From positions 9,386 to 73,385 of the forward strand of contig WTFV01000155.1 in assembly GCA_011523845.1 (NCBI GenBank): a stretch of 64,000 nucleotides of DNA, written 5' to 3'. Shown piece after piece: positions 20,306-29,937 of the stretch. This DNA is from Acidobacteriota bacterium. Lineage in GTDB: Bacteria > Acidobacteriota > Vicinamibacteria > Vicinamibacterales > UBA8438. The stretch's first letter is position 1. Every line of letters starts with the position of its first letter. Under the pieces are notes generated by a model. It was not told where the DNA came from. It saw only the letters and a list, made by a program, of their open reading frames with translations, and did no database searches. The position numbers were made by a program, and so were the translations under genes.

Positions 20306-23300
20306 ATGGTACGCAATAGGTCCGGATGCAGACTCCGATGGCAGTCGACTGCCCTGCTCGTGTTCCTGATCGCGGCGCTGGCGACCCCGGCCGCCGCCCA
20401 GCAGTTCGCGTCGTACTACGGCAAGAATCGCGTCAAGTGGGACAAGTTCGACTGGCACATCTACTCGACCGACCACTTCGACATCTACTACTATCCGGAG
20501 CTCGAAGAGCACCTCGAGCGGGTGGCGGCCTACGCCGAGAGCGCCTACCAGCAGCTCAGCGCCGACCTGCGCCACGACCTCGCGTTCAGCGTTCCGCTCG
20601 TCGTCTTCAAGACGCACAGCGAGTTCGAGCAGCAGAACATCTTTCCGGGAGGCAGCCCCGAGGGAGTCGGCGCGTTCGCCGAGCCGTACCGCAACCGCAT
20701 CGCGCTGCCGATCGACGAGCCGCCGGACGGGCTCTATCGCCTGATCACGCACGAGCTGACCCACATCTTCGAGTTCGACATCATCCCGCGCTCCATGATC
20801 CGGAACACCGTGCCGCTGTGGGTCGACGAGGGTCTCGCCGACTTCATGGCCGGCGTCTGGCGCCCGCTCGACCTCATGCAGGTACGAGACCTGGCGGTCG
20901 CCGACATCGTGCCGTCGATGACGGAATTCCAGCGCTACGGCGGCTTCGCGAGCGGCCGCGTCGTCTACAACCTCGGCCACGCCGCCTTCGAGTTCATCGA
21001 GGAGCGCTGGGGACTCGAAGGGCTCCGGCAGTTCCTCTTCGCGCTCCGGCGCAACGCGATCGGCGGCGGCGAGGATCCCTACGAGGAGGCGTTCGACCTC
21101 GAAGCGGAAGAATGGGACGACGCGTTCAAGACGTATCTGGACGACCGCTTCGAGGCGTTCAGGGACAAGGAGCGCCCGACCGACTACGGGCGCAACCTCG
21201 CGCCCGACCCGTTGCGCAGCCGCTATCCGGTGGTCTTCTCGCTCGAAGCGTCGCCCTCCGGCGAAGTGATCGCGGCGATGGCGGTCAACCGCAAGGACCG
21301 CGAGGCGGACATCGTGCTGCTGTCGTCCCGCACCGGCGAGGTCATCCTGAACCTGACCGAGGGGTTCGACCAGGAGTTCGGGTTCGACTACATCAGCCAG
21401 ACCGGACTCCGCTGGAACACGGTGCCCTGGATGTCGTGGTCGCCGGACGGCGACCGGCTCGCGTACATCGTGCGCCACGGGAAGGGCAAGGCGCTCGTCG
21501 TCCAGAACGTCGTCACCCGCGAGATCGAGGAGCTGATCGACCTCGTCGACACGGTCGACGAGCCGGAATCGCCGGACTTCTCGCCAGACGGACGCACGGT
21601 CGTCTTTTCCGCGCTCAATCGCGCCGTGGGCGACATCTACGAGATCGACCTGGAAACGAAGGAAGTCACCAACCTGACCAACAGCGCGCTGGCCGACTAC
21701 GCGCCGTTCTACTCGCCGGACGGGAGCGCCGTCGTCTATCTGTCACGCGTGAGCGGCAACAACAAGTTGTTCCGCCTCGATCGCGAGACCGGAGAACGCC
21801 GGCAACTGACCTTCGGGACGCACGACGAGGCCGGCGGGCAGTTCATCGACGAACGCACCATCGTCTTCGCGTCGACCGCCGTCGATCCGACGCAGCCGAT
21901 CGATCCCGACACGGCCCGCGACGGCGAGATCTTCAATCTCTGGACGCTCGACCTCGAGAACGGCGCGCTGCACCAGCTCACGGACAACGCCACCGGGGTG
22001 GTCAACCCGATCGTCCTCGCGCCGGATGAGGATTCCGACCTCCCACGTATCGGTTTCATCACCTATTTCAAGGCGGAGTACGGCCTGCACACCATCGAGT
22101 ACGACGAGCCGCTCTATACCGCCGACGCCACCGACTTCGGCGGTCCGGGTCCGCTGATCGATTTCCAGGCGCCGCTGACCCACACCCTCAACCCGGCCAA
22201 CTCGCGGCGCAAGGGCCGGTTCGAGAACATGTACATGCAGGGCCGTCCCAACTTCGGCATCGGCCTGACCAACAGCGGCGACGTGCTCGGCGGCACGATG
22301 ATCAGCTTCGCCGACGTGCTCGGCGACCAGATGTTCAACATCCAGGCGTACTCGATCCAGACCTACCGCACCTACGGCGCATCCTACGTGAACCTGGCCG
22401 GGCGACTGCAGTACGCCCTGCAGGGAATATCGTCCGAGCAGTACTTCTACGGCCTCGGGGCGTACTTCGCCCCGAGTCTCGCGTTCCTGAGCCGCGACGA
22501 CGCCATCGCTACCCGGCGGTCGAACGGCGGGAGCGCCATCGGCATCTACCCGCTCGATCGTTTCCGGCGCATCGAGTTCTCGGGCGGCATCTATAACTTC
22601 AAGGAGACGTTCGCCAACGAGGCGCTGCAGGCGCAGTCCGATGCGTTCCAGCAGCAGCAGTTCGGCACCACGCTGTTCCGTGACGGTTCGTTCATGCCGT
22701 TCGGCACGCGGTTCATCCAGGAGACCACCGTCTTCCGCGAGTACGGTCCGGTCGCCGGCAACACGCTGATGGCCGGCTACGAGTACGCACCGGGATTCGG
22801 CGGCTTCCTGTCGCGGCAGACCGTCGACCTCGACGCCCGCTACTACCTGCGCATCGCCGAGAACGGGGTCCTGGCGTTCCGCGGGCGCGCCTTCAACAGT
22901 TGGGGAGACTTTCCCGACTTCGTCTTCTTCGGCGGGCAGTCGGAGATGCGCGGCTACGACTATCTGCACTTCCTCGGCCACAAGGCGTTTCACGGCAACG
23001 TGGAGCTGCGGTTCCCGCTGGTCGAGGCGATGGCGACGCCGATCGGCATCCTGGGCGGCATCCGGGGCACGTTCTTCTTCAACATCGGGGCCGCGGCCAT
23101 CGCCGGGCAGCCGTGGAACCTGTGGTCCACGGGGGAAGAGTGGGTACGGCCCGTGATCGGGTACCGGGCGAACTACCTCGAGAACGTGGAAGGTCGCGCG
23201 TCCGAGCCGGTCTTCGGTCCGCCCAGACTGGTCAGCGGGTTCCGGCTCAACAACGCGCGCGCGTCCTACGGTTTCGGCCTGACGACGTTCGCCATCGGCT

Positions 23301-23455
23301 TCCCGATCCACCTCGATTGGTCGTGGCCGACGCTGTTCAACGAGGACTGGGAAGACACCGTCTTCGCGACCGAGGCGCAGTTCGCCGGCTTCCTGCGCGG
23401 CAGCGACTATTTCCGGAAGGCGCGCTTCTCGATCTGGATCGGGTACGACTTCTGA
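20306..23455 (+). CDS. Outer-membrane fusion protein: MA-type peptidase-like domain + TolB-like beta-propeller + Omp85-type beta-barrel
   Basis: 1049-aa ORF with a signal peptide (ALLVFLIAALATPAAAQQ). It has the HELTH motif and repeated xSPDG blades (WSPDGDRLAYIV, FSPDGRTVVFSA, YSPDGSAVVYLS). The C-terminal barrel ends in WIGYDF. Confidence 0.75.
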   Translation: MVRNRSGCRLRWQSTALLVFLIAALATPAAAQQFASYYGKNRVKWDKFDWHIYSTDHFDIYYYPELEEHLERVAAYAESAYQQLSADLRHDLAFSVPLVVFKTHSEFEQQNIFPGGSPEGVGAFAEPYRNRIALPIDEPPDGLYRLITHELTHIFEFDIIPRSMIRNTVPLWVDEGLADFMAGVWRPLDLMQVRDLAVADIVPSMTEFQRYGGFASGRVVYNLGHAAFEFIEERWGLEGLRQFLFALRRNAIGGGEDPYEEAFDLEAEEWDDAFKTYLDDRFEAFRDKERPTDYGRNLAPDPLRSRYPVVFSLEASPSGEVIAAMAVNRKDREADIVLLSSRTGEVILNLTEGFDQEFGFDYISQTGLRWNTVPWMSWSPDGDRLAYIVRHGKGKALVVQNVVTREIEELIDLVDTVDEPESPDFSPDGRTVVFSALNRAVGDIYEIDLETKEVTNLTNSALADYAPFYSPDGSAVVYLSRVSGNNKLFRLDRETGERRQLTFGTHDEAGGQFIDERTIVFASTAVDPTQPIDPDTARDGEIFNLWTLDLENGALHQLTDNATGVVNPIVLAPDEDSDLPRIGFITYFKAEYGLHTIEYDEPLYTADATDFGGPGPLIDFQAPLTHTLNPANSRRKGRFENMYMQGRPNFGIGLTNSGDVLGGTMISFADVLGDQMFNIQAYSIQTYRTYGASYVNLAGRLQYALQGISSEQYFYGLGAYFAPSLAFLSRDDAIATRRSNGGSAIGIYPLDRFRRIEFSGGIYNFKETFANEALQAQSDAFQQQQFGTTLFRDGSFMPFGTRFIQETTVFREYGPVAGNTLMAGYEYAPGFGGFLSRQTVDLDARYYLRIAENGVLAFRGRAFNSWGDFPDFVFFGGQSEMRGYDYLHFLGHKAFHGNVELRFPLVEAMATPIGILGGIRGTFFFNIGAAAIAGQPWNLWSTGEEWVRPVIGYRANYLENVEGRASEPVFGPPRLVSGFRLNNARASYGFGLTTFAIGFPIHLDWSWPTLFNEDWEDTVFATEAQFAGFLRGSDYFRKARFSIWIGYDF

Positions 23456-23463
23456 GGCGTTTC

Positions 23464-23487
23464 GGGGCGCCAGGAAGCTTGCGCCCC
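23464..23487. terminator. GC hairpin GGGGCGC-N10-GCGCCCC between convergent genes
   Basis: Read directly. There is no clear U-tract, so function is uncertain. Confidence 0.3.
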
Positions 23488-23522
23488 AGACGGCACGGAA
23501 GTGCGTTCCGAGGCGCCGAGGT

Positions 23523-25040
23523 CTAGATGATCTCCGCGAGCCGGAGGACGCTGTCCTTCAGGTCCAGGGTCACGCGATAGTCGCCCAGGAACGTGTGGCC
23601 GATGATGCCGCCGATGTGGAACCCGAGCAGGGCGCTCGGCCGGTGCAGGTTGAGGACGACGACCGAGAAGTTGTTGAACCGGATGCGGTCGAAGCCGAGA
23701 TCGACGCCCGGCAGCAGGTATGCGTCGTCGTCCCATCCCGAGGTTCCGTAGACGCGCAGCGGAATATGACGCACCGGCACCATGCCGAGCGCGTTCGCCG
23801 TGCTCAGGCTGATAGAGATGACCTCGCCGCCCGTGTCCACGATGAAGCTCTTCTGGACCGAGCCGTTGATGATGCCGCGCACGAGCGCCAGGCGGTGGTA
23901 GCGCATCGGAAGCTCGACGTCCGCGGGCGGTTCCGGCGGCAGTTCGCGGGCCACCACGAGGCGGTGATTCTGGTAGTCGACGACCGCCGACATGCCCAGC
24001 GCCAGCGGGGAGAAGCTGTTCTCGCTACGGGTCGCGGGGAGGCCCGTCAGGGGAGGGTTCTTGATGAGGGTCGGGACGTTGTCGACGACCAGCGTTCCGA
24101 TCTCGAGCCGGTCGGCGCGCCCGAGCTCCAGCCCGCGCATGCCGACCCGGCCCACGCCGGCACTCAGCGTATTGGTGATCGGCCGGACACCGACGCGCTG
24201 CGCGGTCGCCTGCGACAGCACCATCTGCTCGGCGCCGGTATCGACGACGATGTCCATCTCGCCGCCTCCGTTCACGCGTCCGCGGACGATCACCTTGTCG
24301 CGCTCGAGGCGGAACGGAATGGTGTGCACGGTGTCGAGCCGTTCCGGTTCGACGCGGACCGGAACGCGTTCGCCGAACGACCGCAGGAACCGGATCTCGG
24401 ATCTGGCCCACTCGATCTTCTGGTCCATGCGAGTGCCGGCGAGGCTCTCGACGTACGACTCGAACGCGTCGGCGGCCAGGTCGTAGCGCTGCATGCGCCG
24501 GTGGACGGATCCCAGCGTGTGGTAGAAGTCCCCGCGCGGGTCGCCGGCCAGGGCCGCCTGCAGTTCGACCAGCCCTTCCTCGAGCCGGCCTCGCGCCGCG
24601 AGGCTGCGGCCGAGCCCGTGGCGGGCCATGGCGCTGCCCGGGTCGGCGGCGAGGACTTCGCGATACACCTGCTCTGCTTCGTTGAAGAGACCGAACGCCC
24701 ACAACGCGTCGGCGTACAGCGCCCGGTATTCGGAATCGACGGGATCGAGACTGTAGAGGAAATCGGCCTCCTGCTGGGCGCGGCTGAACTCCGCGATGTG
24801 CAGCAGCGACTTCAGCAGACCGCCGGACGCACGCAGAAGCTGATCCGGCCGGGCGCCCTGCTTCGCGTTCTCGTAGGCGGACAGCGCCTCCCAGTACCGC
24901 TGGTCGCCATAGAGAAGGTCGCCGAGCTGCAGGCGAACCTCGCTGCGTGCCGAATCGGTCGTCGACTCGGCGCCGATGAGGATGGGCGCCGCCACGCAGA
25001 ACGCCAGCACGACGAACGTTCTCCGGTAACCGATCCGCAT
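23523..25040 (-). CDS. TPR-repeat protein with two retropepsin-like aspartyl protease domains
   Basis: ATG at 25040 preceded by GAGGAGGAAGAG, followed by a signal or TM segment. TPR-like repeats occupy the N-terminal half. Two DTG motifs are present (VVDTGAEQMVLS and IVDTGGEVISIS). Confidence 0.75.
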   Translation of the reverse strand: MRIGYRRTFVVLAFCVAAPILIGAESTTDSARSEVRLQLGDLLYGDQRYWEALSAYENAKQGARPDQLLRASGGLLKSLLHIAEFSRAQQEADFLYSLDPVDSEYRALYADALWAFGLFNEAEQVYREVLAADPGSAMARHGLGRSLAARGRLEEGLVELQAALAGDPRGDFYHTLGSVHRRMQRYDLAADAFESYVESLAGTRMDQKIEWARSEIRFLRSFGERVPVRVEPERLDTVHTIPFRLERDKVIVRGRVNGGGEMDIVVDTGAEQMVLSQATAQRVGVRPITNTLSAGVGRVGMRGLELGRADRLEIGTLVVDNVPTLIKNPPLTGLPATRSENSFSPLALGMSAVVDYQNHRLVVARELPPEPPADVELPMRYHRLALVRGIINGSVQKSFIVDTGGEVISISLSTANALGMVPVRHIPLRVYGTSGWDDDAYLLPGVDLGFDRIRFNNFSVVVLNLHRPSALLGFHIGGIIGHTFLGDYRVTLDLKDSVLRLAEII

Positions 25041-25210
25041 GCTCTTCCTCCTCGAGCGGCACAGCCTTGGGGCAGGAGCCGCAAATGACACCTGTCTCGC
25101 GCCTGCAACTATGTCCCATCGCCCCGATCAAGACAAGATCAAAGCAGCGCTGCGGCCGGGCGTGCCGAGCGAATGGTCGGGCGCCGCGGACGGTCGCTGC
25201 CGCGCGGCTC

Positions 25211-25297
25211 GCCCGACAATCGTCGCCTGCGGCTCCGATTGCCGCCCGACCGGGCCCTGACCAGGGGGGTAAGCCGTTCTTGCGGCGCAGACTCCTA
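25211..25297. repeat. Composite intergenic repeat (family B + family A), overlapping the nuoI stop codon
   Basis: GCCCGACAATCGTCGCCTGCGGCTCCGATTGCCGCCCGACCGG followed by ...GCCGTTCTTGCGGCGCAGACTCCTAG. The CTA at 25295-25297 is the complement of the nuoI TAG stop. Confidence 0.75.
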
Positions 25298-25765
25298 GCG
25301 CGTGTAGTGTTCGATGGGGACGCCGTCGTACATCTCGTCGACGCGCAGGATCTGGGCGTTCCGGCTGTACGTGCCCAGCTCGTAGTCCTCGCTCATGATG
25401 AGCGCCTTCACCGGCTTGGTCGGACAGACTTCCGCGCAAAGACCGCAGAACGAGCAGCGCGACAGGTTGAAGTCGAAATAGTCGAGCACCTTGATCTTGT
25501 GCCCCGGCTCGCGATGACCGCCGAGGTTGATCAGCTCGTCCGGGCAGGCCTTGGCGCACTGGTCGCACACGATACAGGTCTGTGCGCCGGTTTCGGGCTC
25601 GACCTGCAGGCGAAGCACGCCGCGGAACCGGGGCGCCACGGGCCGCCGCTCCTCGGGGTACTGGAACGTGAAGGCCGGCTGCGGGGTGTACTTGAGCGTG
25701 ACCCAGAGTCCCTTCAGCAGGTCCACCAGGAACACGGTCCGAAAGAACTTGGCCAGAAACAGCAC
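25295..25765 (-). CDS. nuoI: NADH-quinone oxidoreductase subunit I-like 2x[4Fe-4S] protein
   Basis: 156-aa ORF. The N-terminus LLKGLWVTLKY...FTFQYPEE is NuoI-like. Cluster motifs are CIVCDQCAKACP and CSFCGLCAEVCP. Confidence 0.85.
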   Translation of the reverse strand: MLFLAKFFRTVFLVDLLKGLWVTLKYTPQPAFTFQYPEERRPVAPRFRGVLRLQVEPETGAQTCIVCDQCAKACPDELINLGGHREPGHKIKVLDYFDFNLSRCSFCGLCAEVCPTKPVKALIMSEDYELGTYSRNAQILRVDEMYDGVPIEHYTR

Positions 25766-25771
25766 CTCGAC

Positions 25772-26335
25772 CTACCCCCGATCCTCGACGAGGACAGGCT
25801 CGGTCTGTCCCGCCATGATCACCCGCTCCTTGCGGAGGATCGTGTTCTCCTTGCGGATCTTGTCCTGCAGCCGCATCAGTCCGTAGAGCAGCGCCTCGGG
25901 ACGCGGCGGACAGCCCGAGACGTACACGTCGACGGGCACGATCTTGTCGACGCCCTGCAGCACGCTGTAGGTCGGGAAGGGGCCGCCCGCGTTCGAGCAG
26001 CTTCCCATGGAGATGACCCACTTCGGCTCGGGCATCTGATCGTACAGCCGCCGCAGCACGGGCGCCATCTTCTTCGTGACGGTGCCGGCCACGATCATCA
26101 GGTCGGACTGCCGCGGAGACGCGCGGAACACCTCCGCCCCGAAGCGCGCGATGTCGTAGCGCGACGTCGATGTCGCGATCATCTCGATCGCGCAGCACGC
26201 CAGACCGAAGCCCATCGGCCATAGCGAGGACTGCCGCGCCCAATTGAGGACGCGATCGAGATTGGTCGTGATGAAGTTGTCTTCGAAGCGATGATCGATG
26301 AGACCCATCTGGATGGATTCCGCTGCCGGCCGCAT
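25772..26335 (-). CDS. nuoB: NADH-quinone oxidoreductase subunit B-like (PSST/N2-cluster) protein
   Basis: 187-aa ORF containing [24 protein letters not shown] and [12 protein letters not shown]. Confidence 0.85.
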   Translation of the reverse strand: MRPAAESIQMGLIDHRFEDNFITTNLDRVLNWARQSSLWPMGFGLACCAIEMIATSTSRYDIARFGAEVFRASPRQSDLMIVAGTVTKKMAPVLRRLYDQMPEPKWVISMGSCSNAGGPFPTYSVLQGVDKIVPVDVYVSGCPPRPEALLYGLMRLQDKIRKENTILRKERVIMAGQTEPVLVEDRG

Positions 26336-26363
26336 CAGCGGCCGGCGCTTCGCTCAACCCCGT

Positions 26364-26627
26364 CTACTTGCCCTCGTACCACTGGGCGTTGGTGTCGATG
26401 AAGCTCTCCCACTGTTCCGGAACCTCGTCGTTGGCGAAGATCGCCTCGACGGGACACGCCGGCACGCAGGCGCCGCAGTCGATGCACTCCTCCGGGTGGA
26501 TGTAGAGCATCGTCTCCGCCTCGAACTCTTCCTCGTCCTTGCGCGGATGGATGCAATCGACGGGACAGACATCGACGCATGCTGTGTCCTTCGTCCCGAC
26601 GCACGGCTCGCAAATCGAATAGGCCAT
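26364..26627 (-). CDS. Small [3Fe-4S][4Fe-4S]-type ferredoxin (FdxA-like)
   Basis: 87-aa ORF containing CVDVCPVDCIHP and CIDCGACVPACPVEAI. It lies directly upstream of nuoB on the same strand. Confidence 0.85.
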   Translation of the reverse strand: MAYSICEPCVGTKDTACVDVCPVDCIHPRKDEEEFEAETMLYIHPEECIDCGACVPACPVEAIFANDEVPEQWESFIDTNAQWYEGK

Positions 26628-26775
26628 TTACCTCCTCCGAACTACGCCAACTCAGGATTGCCGCTCACAGAATACAGGCTGGCCGGTCAGGGATCAAGGT
26701 GAAGTCGGGTCGTGCCGGCGAGGCGGGACGGGCGGTGGACGCCGTCGAAGCACCCGCGGTACCATCGCCGGCGGC

Positions 26776-27705
26776 ATGTCCGCGGCTGTCCCCGTCACTC
26801 TGATTCGCGGTCGACCCGTGCGGGTCGCCGGACCGCGGCTCGGGGGCAAGCCCTCCTGGCTGCGCGTCAGGGCGCCCGGCAGCCCGGGCTACCTGCGGCT
26901 CGCCCGGTTGACTCGCGATCTCGCCCTGAACACCGTGTGCCGGGAGGCGAGTTGCCCGAACATCGGAGAGTGCTGGCAGCACGGCACCGCCACGTTCATG
27001 ATTCTGGGCAGCGTCTGCACGCGGTCGTGCGGCTACTGCAACGTCGTGCACGGCGCCCCGGGCTCGGTGGATCCGACCGAGCCGGACCGCCTCGCGGAGG
27101 CTGTCGCCTCCCTCGGTCTCGAGTACGTGGTCGTCACCTCGGTCGACCGCGACGACCTGCCGGACGGGGGCGCCTCGGTCTTCGCCGCCACGATTCGGGC
27201 CGTTCGGCGCCGGATGAAGAGCTGCCGCATCGAGGTGCTCATCCCCGACTTCGCGGGCCGCGACCGCGACCTGGAATGCGTGCTCGACGCCGGCCCGGAC
27301 GTGCTCAACCACAATCTGGAGACGGTCGAGCGTCTCTACCGCACGGCCCGACCCGGCGGTCGCTACCGCCGGGCCCTGCGCCTCCTCGATCGTGCGAGGC
27401 GCTACAGGCCGTCGACGCCGACCAAGTCGGGGGTCATGGTGGGACTCGGCGAGTCCCGCGAGGAGATTCTGGCCGCCCTGGCGGATCTGCGGGGCGCCGG
27501 CTGCGCCATCCTCACCATCGGCCAGTACCTGCGGCCGTCGGACGCGCATCTGCCCGTCGCGCGCTACTACCACCCCGACGAGTTCGCGGAGCTGAGGGAG
27601 CACGCTCTCGGCCTTGGATTCCGGCACGTGGAGTCGGGACCCCTCGTACGGAGCTCCTACCACGCGCACGAGCAGGCGGACGCGCTGGACCGGTGCGTGT
27701 CGTGA
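26776..27705 (+). CDS. lipA: Lipoyl synthase
   Basis: 309-aa ORF with NTVCREASCPNIGECW and the radical SAM motif CTRSCGYCNV. Confidence 0.9.
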   Translation: MSAAVPVTLIRGRPVRVAGPRLGGKPSWLRVRAPGSPGYLRLARLTRDLALNTVCREASCPNIGECWQHGTATFMILGSVCTRSCGYCNVVHGAPGSVDPTEPDRLAEAVASLGLEYVVVTSVDRDDLPDGGASVFAATIRAVRRRMKSCRIEVLIPDFAGRDRDLECVLDAGPDVLNHNLETVERLYRTARPGGRYRRALRLLDRARRYRPSTPTKSGVMVGLGESREEILAALADLRGAGCAILTIGQYLRPSDAHLPVARYYHPDEFAELREHALGLGFRHVESGPLVRSSYHAHEQADALDRCVS

Positions 27706-27851
27706 CTTGCGCGGTTCAGGGATGGCCTCGGGGCTGGCGCGGGCGGGGGGCATCCGGCTTGCGGCCGGAGCTTGAGATCACGGGTGGGAAGCGTCAGCGC
27801 CCCGAAACGCCTCGCAGGCTCGCCGTCTCGGCCCATCCCCCCCGCTCCAGA

Positions 27852-27898
27852 AGATAGCGCCGTAGAACTCAACTGCGTTGCGTTCTACGGCGCAATCT
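27852..27898. repeat. Family-A-like hairpin AGATAGCGCCGTAGAAC / GTTCTACGGCGCAATCT
   Basis: 17-bp arms with one mismatch. It shares the GCGCCGTAGAAC core with 40681-40717. Confidence 0.6.
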
Positions 27899-28013
27899 CC
27901 TAGTCTGGAGATTGGTGAGCAGGTGGCGCTCCGGCCGCCGGATGTCCGACGGAGTCCGGACGTCGCGGGGGCGGCCCGCTGGCGGGCGGCGCGCCGATTC
28001 AGCAGGAGTGATC

Positions 28014-28574
28014 ATGACCAGCAGGCGGTGGATCGTGGCGGTCGGCGCGGCGCTCGCTCTCGTCTTCCTGACGCTGCCGGCGGCGCGCGGCGTCACCGTG
28101 CTGCCGGTTTCTCCCTTCGAGCGCGGTACGGCCCAGGACGCCCGTTGCGACGCCGACGCCAAGCCGGCGCCGCTCGACTTCACGTTGCGGGACATCGATG
28201 GCAACCCGGTGAATCTGGCCGCGCTCAAGGGCAGCGTCATCCTGCTCAACTTCTGGGCCACGTGGTGTGGCCCCTGCAAGATCGAGATCCCGTGGTTCGT
28301 CGAGTTCCAGCGGCAGTACAAGGACGACGGGCTCGTCGTGCTCGGCCTCTCCGTCGACGACACGCCCGAGCAGATCCGCCCCTTCGCAGCCGAGTTCCGG
28401 GTCAACTATCCGATGCTGGTCGGGCTCGGGCGCGAGGACTTCCAGGAGGCGTACGGCCCGGTGTGGGGGCTTCCCGTCACGTTCTTCATCGATCGTGAAG
28501 GGACTCTCTGCCGCACGCACCTGGGCATCGGCACCCGGGAAGAGTTCCAGCGGGACATCGACTCGTTGCTCTAG
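28014..28574 (+). CDS. TlpA/ResA-like thiol:disulfide oxidoreductase (thioredoxin fold), exported
   Basis: ATG at 28014 preceded by AGGAG. It has a signal-like WIVAVGAALALVFLTLPAARG, the WATWCGPC active site, and the AhpC/TSA-like context VILLNFWATWC. Confidence 0.8.
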   Translation: MTSRRWIVAVGAALALVFLTLPAARGVTVLPVSPFERGTAQDARCDADAKPAPLDFTLRDIDGNPVNLAALKGSVILLNFWATWCGPCKIEIPWFVEFQRQYKDDGLVVLGLSVDDTPEQIRPFAAEFRVNYPMLVGLGREDFQEAYGPVWGLPVTFFIDREGTLCRTHLGIGTREEFQRDIDSLL

Positions 28575-28651
28575 CAGCGCCGGCACGCGCCCGGAGGCGC
28601 GCAACGGAGATTCGGCAGCGAGTGCGCCGCCCGACTGGTGTATCATTCCCC

Positions 28652-28876
28652 ATGCTCAAAGGATTCGAGCACGCTAGGCTTGCGTGCGGGTGCCGCGTCG
28701 GCTTTCGGGACGGTGTCGAGGGCAGTCCGGTGACCGTGGTGATCGACCGCAAGGGACCGGCGTGCCGAGTGCCGGTGCACGTGGGCGGGATTCCCGTCTA
28801 CGACCACCGTGAAGCGCTCCGTCCTCCGACCCGGCTCATCCCGTCCCTCGAGGGCGACTACGAAGAGGAAGGCTAG
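28652..28876 (+). CDS. Hypothetical small protein (74 aa)
   Basis: Internal ATG of ORF 28622..28876. I recognise no family. Confidence 0.3.
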   Translation: MLKGFEHARLACGCRVGFRDGVEGSPVTVVIDRKGPACRVPVHVGGIPVYDHREALRPPTRLIPSLEGDYEEEG

Positions 28877-28886
28877 GGGCGGCTCG

Positions 28887-29189
28887 ATGTCCCGGGTCTC
28901 CTCGGAATTCGAGATCGACTGTCCCTGTTGCGGTTCCGGCTTGGTTGTCGATGCCCGCCTGCGCCGTCTGATTTCGCATCGCCAGCCCGCGCGCGCGGAC
29001 ACGCCGGAGCTCGAAGATGCGCAGCGGATACTGGCCGCCGAGGCCGAGCGGCGCGAGGCGATCTTCGAGCAATCGGTTGCCGACGAGAAGGGGCGCAGCG
29101 ACGTCCTGTCGAGACGCTTCGACGAGGCGCTGAAGCAGGCCCGCGACGAGCCGGTCTCCCGGCCGATGCGCGACTTCGACCTGGACTAG
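28887..29189 (+). CDS. Hypothetical small protein with an N-terminal CPCCG zinc-ribbon-like motif
   Basis: Internal ATG of ORF 28809..29189. MSRVSSEFEIDCPCCGSGLVVDARL is followed by a charged helical tail. Confidence 0.4.
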   Translation: MSRVSSEFEIDCPCCGSGLVVDARLRRLISHRQPARADTPELEDAQRILAAEAERREAIFEQSVADEKGRSDVLSRRFDEALKQARDEPVSRPMRDFDLD

Positions 29190-29217
29190 CCTCCCCCTGG
29201 GCCCATTTTCGCAGAAA

Positions 29218-29928
29218 ATGCCTCGGTACCGGGTCGGAACCTCCGGTTACAACTACCCGGAGTGGAAGGGTTCCTTCTACCCGGAGCGGTGCTCGCCGAA
29301 GAAGATGCTCCCGTACTACGCCGAGCGTCTCGACACGGTCGAGATCAACTACACGTTCTACCGGCTCCCGACCGAGCGGCTGCTCGCCGGCTGGTCCGAC
29401 GTTACGCCGGCCGGCTTCCGCTTCACGCTGAAGGCGCCGCGCCGCATCACGCACGAGGCGCGTCTGAGCAGGTGCGGCGAGATCACGCGCGCGTTCTGCA
29501 GCGCCGCCGAGACGCTCGGCGACAAGCTCGGCGCGTTGCTGTTTCAGTTGCCCCCGTCGTTCCGCAAGAACGTCGACGTGCTGGCGAGCTTCCTCGATAC
29601 GCTGCCGCCGGGCGTGCGCGCCGCGTTCGAGTTCCGGCACGCGTCCTGGCACGATCCCGTTGTCGTCGAGCTTCTCGCCGCGCGCGAGGCGGCCCTGTGC
29701 GTCGCCGACAGCGAGCGGCTGCGCACGCCGGTGCACGTGACCGCCGGCCACGGCTACTTCCGGCTTCGCGATCAGGGTTACGACGACGCCGACCTGGCGC
29801 GCTGGGCGGAGACCATCTCCCGCAGCACGGGCAGTTGCACGGACGTGTACGTGTACTTCAAGCACGAGGAACAGGGGGCGGGGCCGAGGTTCGCGCGCCG
29901 CTTGCTGGACCACCTCGGCCGGGCCTGA
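29218..29928 (+). CDS. DUF72 (YecE-like) family protein
   Basis: 236-aa ORF. GTSGYNYPEWKGSFYP ... YYAERLDTVEINYTFYRLP is the characteristic DUF72 N-terminus. Confidence 0.85.
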   Translation: MPRYRVGTSGYNYPEWKGSFYPERCSPKKMLPYYAERLDTVEINYTFYRLPTERLLAGWSDVTPAGFRFTLKAPRRITHEARLSRCGEITRAFCSAAETLGDKLGALLFQLPPSFRKNVDVLASFLDTLPPGVRAAFEFRHASWHDPVVVELLAAREAALCVADSERLRTPVHVTAGHGYFRLRDQGYDDADLARWAETISRSTGSCTDVYVYFKHEEQGAGPRFARRLLDHLGRA

Positions 29929-29937
29929 ACCGATCCT

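Noticed and set aside
25295-26335. Beginning of a complete nuo (complex I) operon
   Set aside because: Only nuoB- and nuoI-like genes are present, in a non-canonical order (B directly followed by I), and the flanking genes are unrelated.
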